Source: Nitrospirota bacterium (GTDB lineage Bacteria; Nitrospirota; Nitrospiria; 2-01-FULL-66-17). From it: a DNA stretch of 64,000 nt. The notes below the pieces were generated by a model, which saw nothing but the letters and a program-made list of their open reading frames with translations, had not been told where the DNA came from and made no database searches. Location of the stretch: assembly GCA_049325335.1 (NCBI GenBank), contig JBMOMC010000001.1, positions 320,001 through 384,000 on the forward strand, written 5' to 3'. The number at the start of each line of letters is the position of its first letter. Within the stretch, counting starts at the first letter, position 1. This document shows, one piece after another, positions 22,469 through 30,542 of this stretch. A program made the translations under genes and the position numbers.

Positions 22469-23218
22469 TTACCGCAGCAATCCCTTGAGCGTATCCATCG
22501 TGGCCCCCGCGTTGCCCTTCAACGACTCAACCGCTCCGCCCAGGCTCTGCTTGGCGACCTCGCGGGTCACGTTCCTGGTCAACGCGCCCACGATCTGCTT
22601 GACCACGTCGCCCGCGGTCGCGCCGCCGGAGCGTTTGCCGATGTCGCGCAGGTGCACGTCGGGAATCGGCACCGCCACGGTGGAGGTCCGAACGACCGAC
22701 GTGCCGACCGTGGCTTTGGCGCCGCGGATGGATAGATCCTCGATCACGAACTTTGTGCCGTTGTCCGGTCCGGTTGTTTGCTTCGGTCCGCCGGCGCGTC
22801 CGCCCACGTAGCGGTCCACGTTGTGCTGAATCGCATCGAGGTTGCTGCCGCCGGGACCGAGTTCGTAGGTGACCTCCGGCTGTTCGATCGCGATCCGTTT
22901 GATAAGGATCACGTCGTGGCCGAGGGAGTCCAGGGCGAGCGTCAAACTGACTTCGCCCACGGAGAACGCCTGGTCGGTCTTAAATCCCTCGGGATTACCC
23001 ACCACGAGGCCGTGCAGCGTGGCACGGCCCTCCCGAACCGCGATCGTCACGCCCTCCAAGTCAACCGACACGCCGGTAATCCGCGGCCCCATGGTGCGGA
23101 TCGCCGACGCCACAATCGCATCGAGCGAGTGCGCGAGCCACCACATCCCCCCGGCGCCCGCAACAACCGCTGTGATCACCGCACCGATCAATACTTTCTT
23201 GGTTCGCGTGGTCACCAC
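22469..23218 (-). CDS. AsmA-like / DUF748-type membrane-anchored protein
   Basis: N-terminal TM helix; GLVVGNPEGF, PEVTYE..GGSNL and IPDVHLRDIG motifs. Confidence 0.65.
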   Translation of the reverse strand: MVTTRTKKVLIGAVITAVVAGAGGMWWLAHSLDAIVASAIRTMGPRITGVSVDLEGVTIAVREGRATLHGLVVGNPEGFKTDQAFSVGEVSLTLALDSLGHDVILIKRIAIEQPEVTYELGPGGSNLDAIQHNVDRYVGGRAGGPKQTTGPDNGTKFVIEDLSIRGAKATVGTSVVRTSTVAVPIPDVHLRDIGKRSGGATAGDVVKQIVGALTRNVTREVAKQSLGGAVESLKGNAGATMDTLKGLLR

Positions 23219-23324
23219 TCTCTCCAGGTTGGCCGCAGGTCGGACCTACGGTACCCAATCGAGGTCAAGCGCGCAAGCCGCGTGCGGGCTGATGCCGCAA
23301 CCGGTGAATGGCCGGCCCGTGGAC

Positions 23325-23651
23325 TTACGCGCGGGCGTACCCGTACAGCCAGCGCGTAATCCCGGCATGAACGTTCGTCACCGAGTGCATGGCGCGCCCG
23401 GGGATGAACAGTTCATCTCCCGGCTCCAGCTCCAGGGTCCGACCGCCCACGCTCACGCGCAAACGTCCCTCGATCACCGTGACCAGCTCGTCGGTCTCGT
23501 GCACGAAGTCGTTCCACTCGCGGCCCGGCGGGTCGCGGAACTCGTCGCACGAGTAGCCGCGGCGGGCCCAATCTTGGGCCACCTCGGCCCGGGCTACAAG
23601 GACGGCGAATTTATGCGTGGTGAGGAGAGGAGGATCACCCATGTCGATCAA
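23325..23651 (-). CDS. Cupin domain protein
   Basis: HETDELVTVIEG and PGDELFIPGRAMHSV cupin motifs. Confidence 0.85.
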   Translation of the reverse strand: MIDMGDPPLLTTHKFAVLVARAEVAQDWARRGYSCDEFRDPPGREWNDFVHETDELVTVIEGRLRVSVGGRTLELEPGDELFIPGRAMHSVTNVHAGITRWLYGYARA

Positions 23652-23783
23652 GCCCTGGCGCGGATGAACTGCGGCTGGCGAGGCATCGGTAATGCGTGTG
23701 GTTCGGTCAACTCTAAATCTTTAAACTACGCCCCAACAACGCCCACACGAGATCACAACGCCCCGGTCACACATGCTTAAATC

Positions 23784-23801
23784 TGTCGGTGGAGGATTCT
23801 A
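23784..23801 (-). repeat. Degenerate direct repeat of the tRNA-Met 3' end (possible relic att site)
   Basis: + strand TGTCGGTGGAGG-ATTCTA vs TGGCGGCGGAGGGATTCGA at 25817-25835; 15 of 19 aligned positions match. Confidence 0.4.
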
Positions 23802-23819
23802 CGGCGCGACGCAGCACGT

Positions 23820-25724
23820 TTAGATCTTCGTGCTTGCGACAATACGCGCACGCGCCTCGGCTTCCTCGACCTCTCGCTGCAATCGGCGGCGCTCTTCCGC
23901 CTCTTTTTTCGCCGCGACGTTCTTGACTTCCGCCTGTAGCCCGCGCGTGGCCATGTCGCTAAACTTTTTAAACTCAACAACAGCATGCTGGGCAAGGCGC
24001 TCCTGCACAGAAATTGTCGCGGTATTCCCCTGAAACTTGAATAGATGGGGATCAAGCCCCACGGTGGAACTATACGTTCCCCGTGGCTTCTGAAAGTAGT
24101 CGACCCACATGTATTCCGGCTCGCGATCGAGTTGAAGGATGAGCGCCCCACTCCTCCAATCGAGCCCTAGTACGTTCACCGGCGCAATTACGTCTGGCGA
24201 GTGGGCGGGGACCACCTCCCCGCGCTTCGCATCGAGCTCTTGGCGCGCTACGAATTCGGATCGACGCCCGATGAGTTGCTTTTTGATCTCATCAAGTGAG
24301 GCCAGTCGATTCTCTGGTGCATGTTGGCGCATGTGCTCAACTAAACCGTCCAGGTAGGCATACGCTGAAGCCACGGATGCGATTGTCGGGAAACCTGTTC
24401 CCTGCGGCACGGTCCGTGTATACATTTCGTTGAGTATGAGACCAAGCGCGAAGATGTCGGCGCGATGGTCGACCGTCTGCCCTCTGCTCCGTTGCTCGGG
24501 GGCGGCGTAGAAAAAGTTCGCCAGTCGCTCGTTGTCACGGGTTTCGACCGCTGTATATAGTTCTTCCTCTTCGAAGTGGGCGATTCCGAAATCCGCCACA
24601 ATAAGGGTGTCGCGCGGCGCGTCATAGAGAATGTTCTCGGGCTTCAAGTCGCGGTGGTAAACCCCTTTCAGATTCGCTGCTTCCACCCCAGCCATGACCT
24701 GAGAGAACAGGGGCAACACCCGGTCGTGTGCAATCCCGGCTTCCATTAGCGAACGCAGGGTGGTTGGTTGGAGCGGCTTATCCTGATGCGACGCGACATA
24801 CAACGGCATAACATAGAAGGGGACGTTGATCCGGTCCCACTTCGCCACACCTGAATCTACGACTTTGATGACGTTTGCGTGGTTGAACTTCGCGCAGAAT
24901 GCGACCTCATTCTTGAACCGCTTCCGGCGCAGGGTCGTAACCCGATCGGGGAACAGACACTTGAGAGCGAACGGTTGGCCTCCCGAATCCTTCACCGCGA
25001 ATACCCGCCCAGTCCCTCCCTCTCCGACGACAGCGGTGACCGAATACGTGTCGAACGCGGTTTCGAACTCGGTCGGAGATCCGGTCCGGTTTGACGTTGC
25101 AACAAGCTGAGGGGGTTCCTGACCTACAGCGGATGCCGCAGTCACGAAGGACCCCGTGGCCGTCGAAAAAAACATATCCGTGTAACGCTGGTTGTCTCCC
25201 TTTAGCTTTTCGAGGATGGCCGGAACCTGCTGCTCAATACTCTGAAACTCAAGAAGTTCTCGCACTGAATCTGCGTCAAGGGTTACCTGGGAATAGCTGC
25301 CGTCCGCTACGCCGCCATGACCCGAACCCCAGAATCGGCCAGCGCTCCCGACAGTTCCGAGGAGCTCCTCGATGCGCCGGGGTTCGAGCCGAAGGCGTTC
25401 GGCAAGTTGATCGGCGCTGATTTTTCCGATATCGGGCTGTGAGATCACTAGGCTTTTCATCGCGAGGATTACCTGCTCCACATCCCGCAGTAGATCGGCT
25501 TCGGGATCGAGTACCAACAAACCCAAGACGCCAAGCTGGGCGCCATAGACGAAACCTCGACGGAGCCTATCGGGTTTAAACCCCTTCGGCAATTTATCGC
25601 GGAGTGCGACCCGGATGTGGTTATCACCAACCGGCTCCTTCGCTCGATAACGCCGGTAAAACTCCTCTAACCACAGACGTTCGTCTCCAGTCAAGAACTC
25701 GGTGATGGCTCTTGGAGGTTTCAT
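23820..25724 (-). CDS. Hanks-type Ser/Thr protein kinase (soluble) with N-terminal extension and C-terminal coiled coil
   Basis: GEGGTGRV, ALK, RFKNE, HRDLKPEN, DFG, YAAPEQ and DIFALG all intact; visibly more AT-rich than its neighbours. Confidence 0.92.
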   Translation of the reverse strand: MKPPRAITEFLTGDERLWLEEFYRRYRAKEPVGDNHIRVALRDKLPKGFKPDRLRRGFVYGAQLGVLGLLVLDPEADLLRDVEQVILAMKSLVISQPDIGKISADQLAERLRLEPRRIEELLGTVGSAGRFWGSGHGGVADGSYSQVTLDADSVRELLEFQSIEQQVPAILEKLKGDNQRYTDMFFSTATGSFVTAASAVGQEPPQLVATSNRTGSPTEFETAFDTYSVTAVVGEGGTGRVFAVKDSGGQPFALKCLFPDRVTTLRRKRFKNEVAFCAKFNHANVIKVVDSGVAKWDRINVPFYVMPLYVASHQDKPLQPTTLRSLMEAGIAHDRVLPLFSQVMAGVEAANLKGVYHRDLKPENILYDAPRDTLIVADFGIAHFEEEELYTAVETRDNERLANFFYAAPEQRSRGQTVDHRADIFALGLILNEMYTRTVPQGTGFPTIASVASAYAYLDGLVEHMRQHAPENRLASLDEIKKQLIGRRSEFVARQELDAKRGEVVPAHSPDVIAPVNVLGLDWRSGALILQLDREPEYMWVDYFQKPRGTYSSTVGLDPHLFKFQGNTATISVQERLAQHAVVEFKKFSDMATRGLQAEVKNVAAKKEAEERRRLQREVEEAEARARIVASTKI

Positions 25725-25816
25725 TGTCCGGCGGCGCCCCTTTTGGGGAGGACGGCTAAAGGGTTCATTCTGCTCTGACGCCTACACGGCCTATTACGTG
25801 ATCTGAGAAGACCCAA

Positions 25817-25888
25817 TGGCGGCGGAGGGATTCGAACCCCCGGCCGAGTGATTATGATTCACCTGCTCTACCACTGAGCTACGCCGCC
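25817..25888 (-). tRNA. tRNA-Met (CAT), elongator type; CCA not encoded
   Basis: GGCGGCGTAGCTCAGTGGTAGAGCAGGTGAATCATAATCACTCGGCCGGGGGTTCGAATCCCTCCGCCGCCA folds as a cloverleaf; G1-C72 paired, so not an initiator. Confidence 0.9.
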
Positions 25889-25951
25889 GATGTGGTCTGC
25901 GAAGGGATGTTGCGAGGAGCGTGACCTTCTATCACGTTTGATCCGCGGGGG

Positions 25952-26818
25952 TCAAGGCGACCGCGCGCACCGCACGCCCGCGTCCGCAAAACTCATCTCC
26001 GGCTCGATTCTGAAGCGGTGCGCGCTACGGTAGAAATAATTGAGCGCGTAGTGGCCGGTGCCGCCCCAGCTCGATCCGCGCAGGACTTTGTGCTGTTGAC
26101 CGAAATCCTTACTCTCGTAGGTGCTCCCCGGATACGGCTGGTACCAGTCCGCGGTCCACTCCCACACGTTGCCCGCCATATCCTCCACGCCGTACGGGCT
26201 CTTGCCTTGTGGGAAACTGCCGACCGGCGCGAGGTCGTTTACCCCCGAACTCCCGGTGTTGGCTTTCTTGGCATCAAACTCGTTGCCCCACGGGTACTCG
26301 CGCGCATCCGTGCCGCGCGCGGCCTTTTCCCACTCGGCCTCGGTCGGCAACCGCTTGCCCGCCCACCCGCAGTACTGCTGCGCCTCGTACCAATTGATGT
26401 GCGTCACCGGATGGCGCTCCCGGCCCTTCGGGATCTCGCCGTTGGGCCACCCGCGCGGAGGCCTCGCTTTAGTCGCCTCAACGTACCTCTGGTACTGCGC
26501 GTTGGTGGTTTCGTACCGGTCGATATAGTAGGTCGGCAAGTCCACCGCATGTTGCGGGTGTTCGTCCAAATACAACGGTTTGGCCATGCCGAACTCCGAC
26601 CCCTTGCCCTCGGGGTCTTCCTTGTTGCTGCCCATCTGGAACGGGCCGGCCGGAATCTTGATCATGTCGCCGCCGGCGGGTCCTTTGGCGCAGGCGGTGA
26701 GCACGGCAAGGACCAAGACCGAGTGGGCGAGGGGGTGATGGGGGGAGGGGGTGAAAGGACGCAAAGATCGGATCTTTTTCGCCCATTCGCCCACTCTCCC
26801 CCTCGCCCCCTCGATCAT
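25952..26818 (-). CDS. FGE/SUMF1-family (FGE-sulfatase domain) lipoprotein lacking the catalytic Cys pair
   Basis: Lipobox LTAC, GPFQMGS, RLPTEAEWEKAARG, DMAGNVWEW, RGSSW, GVRCA; start ATG at 26818 or 26839. Confidence 0.88.
   Translation of the reverse strand: MIEGARGRVGEWAKKIRSLRPFTPSPHHPLAHSVLVLAVLTACAKGPAGGDMIKIPAGPFQMGSNKEDPEGKGSEFGMAKPLYLDEHPQHAVDLPTYYIDRYETTNAQYQRYVEATKARPPRGWPNGEIPKGRERHPVTHINWYEAQQYCGWAGKRLPTEAEWEKAARGTDAREYPWGNEFDAKKANTGSSGVNDLAPVGSFPQGKSPYGVEDMAGNVWEWTADWYQPYPGSTYESKDFGQQHKVLRGSSWGGTGHYALNYFYRSAHRFRIEPEMSFADAGVRCARSP
26723..26810. repeat. Palindromic array of degenerate octamers inside the 5' end of the FGE lipoprotein gene
   Basis: GTGGGCGA/GGGGGTGA/TGGGGGGA/GGGGGTGA, central AAAGATC-G-GATCTTT, then TCGCCCAT/TCGCCCAC/TCTCCCCC/TCGCCCCC. 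Confidence 0.75.
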
Positions 26819-26826
26819 TTCATCCC

Positions 26827-27768
26827 TCACTTCGCGCATCGGAACCCAAATCCGCTGTTTTTGGTTTCGCGTTTAAAAAACCCGCGATTAAACGTGGGCG
26901 CGGAGAGTCCGCAGCGGTAAAACGAGCAGTCCACGTACGACCCGCCCCGCACCACTTTGTATTGCGCGCCGAAATTGGGCGACGGGTGCGTGTTGCCGGG
27001 GTAGGCTTCGTACCAACTCTCGGTCCACTCCCACACGTTCCCGGCCACGTCGTAGAGACCATACGGACTCTTGCCCTTGGGGAAGCTGCCCACCGGCATC
27101 AGCCGTCCGATCCCGGCTTGCGGGGAATTCGATTTTTTGGCGTCGAACGTGTCCCCGTACGGGAACAGGCGGCCGTCGGTCCCCCGTGCGGCTTTCTCCC
27201 ACTCGGGTTCGGTGGGCAACCGCTTGCCGGCCCACGCGCAGTAGTCGTGCGCGTCGTACCACGTCACGTAGACCACCGGCAACCGCTCATCCCCCGGCGC
27301 AAACGCGCCGTTGCGCCAATGGTCCGGCGCCGGGCGGCCGGTGGCCGCGACGAATTTCGCGTACGCATCGTTGGTCACCTCATGGAGGTCGATCCAGTAC
27401 GGATGGTCGATCGCTTCGGTGTGCATGGGTCCTTCATCCGGGTGACGTTTGTCGTAGCCCATGATAAACGGACCCTCGGGAATCCGCGCCATGTCGTCAC
27501 GCACGGCCAGGGGCTTGTCCACGGACTTGTCCGCGCGCGGGCGCGCGTCGATGGGTGGCAACACGCGCGTATCCTCGCTGGCGCGCCGGCCGCCGTGGCA
27601 TCCGCCGCACGTCTGGGGATCGAACGCCAAAACATCCGCCGGGTGAGTCGGGACATGGCACGCCCGGCACGCTTCCTGTTCCCAGAACGGGTTCATGCCG
27701 TCATGCGGATCCGCCGACGCGCTCCCCGCGCTCAGCGCCAGCATCATCACCGCCCACGCCCACCGCAT
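26827..27768 (-). CDS. Secreted diheme cytochrome c fused to an FGE/SUMF1 domain
   Basis: Sec signal MRWAWAVMMLALSAGSASA, CRACH and CGGCH heme motifs, RLPTEPEWEKAARG, GNVWEW, RGGSYVDCSFYRC, GFRCA. Confidence 0.85.
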   Translation of the reverse strand: MRWAWAVMMLALSAGSASADPHDGMNPFWEQEACRACHVPTHPADVLAFDPQTCGGCHGGRRASEDTRVLPPIDARPRADKSVDKPLAVRDDMARIPEGPFIMGYDKRHPDEGPMHTEAIDHPYWIDLHEVTNDAYAKFVAATGRPAPDHWRNGAFAPGDERLPVVYVTWYDAHDYCAWAGKRLPTEPEWEKAARGTDGRLFPYGDTFDAKKSNSPQAGIGRLMPVGSFPKGKSPYGLYDVAGNVWEWTESWYEAYPGNTHPSPNFGAQYKVVRGGSYVDCSFYRCGLSAPTFNRGFFKRETKNSGFGFRCAK

Positions 27769-27775
27769 GCGGGGC

Positions 27776-27804
27776 AGAATACCGAGGCGCGGCCGCAAGG
27801 TCAA
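27776..27804 (-). promoter_or_regulatory. sigma70 promoter for the FGE genes (leaderless)
   Basis: TTGACC-17bp-TATTCT, then 7 nt to ATG at 27768. Confidence 0.6.
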
Positions 27805-27810
27805 GACGAC

Positions 27811-27839
27811 TTGCGGCGGTTGGCCGCGCTCGCTACAAT
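27811..27839 (+). promoter_or_regulatory. sigma70 promoter for the methyltransferase (leaderless)
   Basis: TTGCGG-17bp-TACAAT, then 6 nt to GTG at 27846. Confidence 0.6.
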
Positions 27840-27845
27840 CCGCGC

Positions 27846-28684
27846 GTGTCCGACACCTCGCTCCCGATCGCGCCCGCCCCGCCCGTCACCGACTGGAACG
27901 CGTTGGCCGCAACGTTCGACCGGTGGGTTCCCCACCTCCAACCCTTGGGCGATCACTTGATCAACCTCCTGGAGATGGAAGCGGGGTTGCGCGTGCTCGA
28001 CGTGGCGTGCGGAACCGGCGAGCCGTCGTTGAGTATTGCGCGGCGCTTCGGACCGAGCGTCACCGTCACCGGCGTGGACAATGCCGAAGCCATGATCGCG
28101 CGCGCGCGGGCCAAAGCCGCTTCGGAAGCATTACCGAGCGCCACGTACCGCGTGATGCCCGCGGAACGCCTCGACGTGCCGGATGCCGCGTTCGACCGTG
28201 TGGTGTGCCGGTTCGGCCTAATGTTGTTCGACGATCCCGTGGCCGGCGCGCGGGAAATGTGGCGCGCGTTGGCCCCCGGCGGCCGGGTGGCGATCGCGGT
28301 GTGGGGTCCCCTGCCCTTACTCGCGTCGGTCCACACGCTCTGGCGCCTGCTCCCGGACTACCTCCCCCCGGAACACGTCCCGCCCACGCCCAAGATGACC
28401 TCGCTGGGCGCGCCTGGCGCGTTGCAGCACGTGTTGGCCGCGGCCGGGTGGGCCGAGCCCCGCGTGCGGCCGTATCGCGTGATCTATCGGTTCGCCACGC
28501 CCCGCGAGTATTGGGACCTGGCCGTGGAGTCGGGCGTGTTCAAGGATCTCCTCGCCAAACTGTCCTGCCACGCGCAGGTGGCGTTCAAGGCCCGGGCATT
28601 GGCCGATATCGCCGCGTTCACCCGCGGCGACGCCGTTGAACTGCCGAACGACGCCCTGGTGGCGGTCGCGGACAAGCCCGCAAA

Positions 28685-28688
<4 letters not shown>
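27846..28688 (+). CDS. Class I SAM-dependent methyltransferase (UbiE-like)
   Basis: VLDVACGTG motif I, GVD, FDRVVCRFG, LAPGG. Confidence 0.88.
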
Positions 28689-30007
<1,319 letters not shown>

Positions 30008-30027
30008 TCTCATCGGAGGAACACAGC

Positions 30028-30444
30028 GTGTTCAAATGGCTCAGGGACTGGATGGCGGCCTTTCAAAACGAACCCGGCGAGACGCAGGCCTCGACCGCGT
30101 TCGGCGCCACGCGGCGCACGCTCAAAGAGCCGGCAAAAAAATTGGTCAAATCCGACCGCACACCCGAACAAGCCCAAACGCAGAAGGCCCAAGCCCTGAC
30201 CAAACTCGACGAGGCGAAAGCCTTGGGCTTACTGGACTCCTGGACGATCGAGGACGACGTCCCGATGCTCTATGTGGGCCCCGCCTGGAACAACGCCGAC
30301 CCGAAAGCCAAGAAGGCCTTTCTCCAACAGGCCAACTCCTACTTCTTGGACGGCCAAGAAGGCTTCATCGCCTTCGACATCTTCGACGGCCGCACCAAGA
30401 AGAAAATCGCGCGCTGGGGCAATTTCGAGCCGTACGTGGACTGA
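30028..30444 (+). CDS. Hypothetical protein
   Basis: GGAGGA RBS before GTG at 30028; natural-looking composition; no family recognised. Confidence 0.7.
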   Translation: MFKWLRDWMAAFQNEPGETQASTAFGATRRTLKEPAKKLVKSDRTPEQAQTQKAQALTKLDEAKALGLLDSWTIEDDVPMLYVGPAWNNADPKAKKAFLQQANSYFLDGQEGFIAFDIFDGRTKKKIARWGNFEPYVD

Positions 30445-30542
30445 CGGTTCGATCACCCCCAGTCATGGCCGGACGGGAACCGATACGACCCGCAACTCGT
30501 CTGGACGCGTACAACCGAGGACGCCTCTCGAACCGGTGAGTA

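Noticed and set aside
25817..25888. Alternative identity as initiator tRNA or tRNA-Ile2(CAT)
   Set aside because: G1-C72 is paired and there is no GGG/CCC anticodon stem, so it is not an initiator. The GGCGGCG acceptor resembles elongator Met. Ile2 is not formally excluded without a covariance-model test.
26723..26810. CRISPR array
   Set aside because: The units are 8 bp, contiguous and inverted, with no spacers and no cas genes. No CRISPR-like array was seen anywhere in the window.
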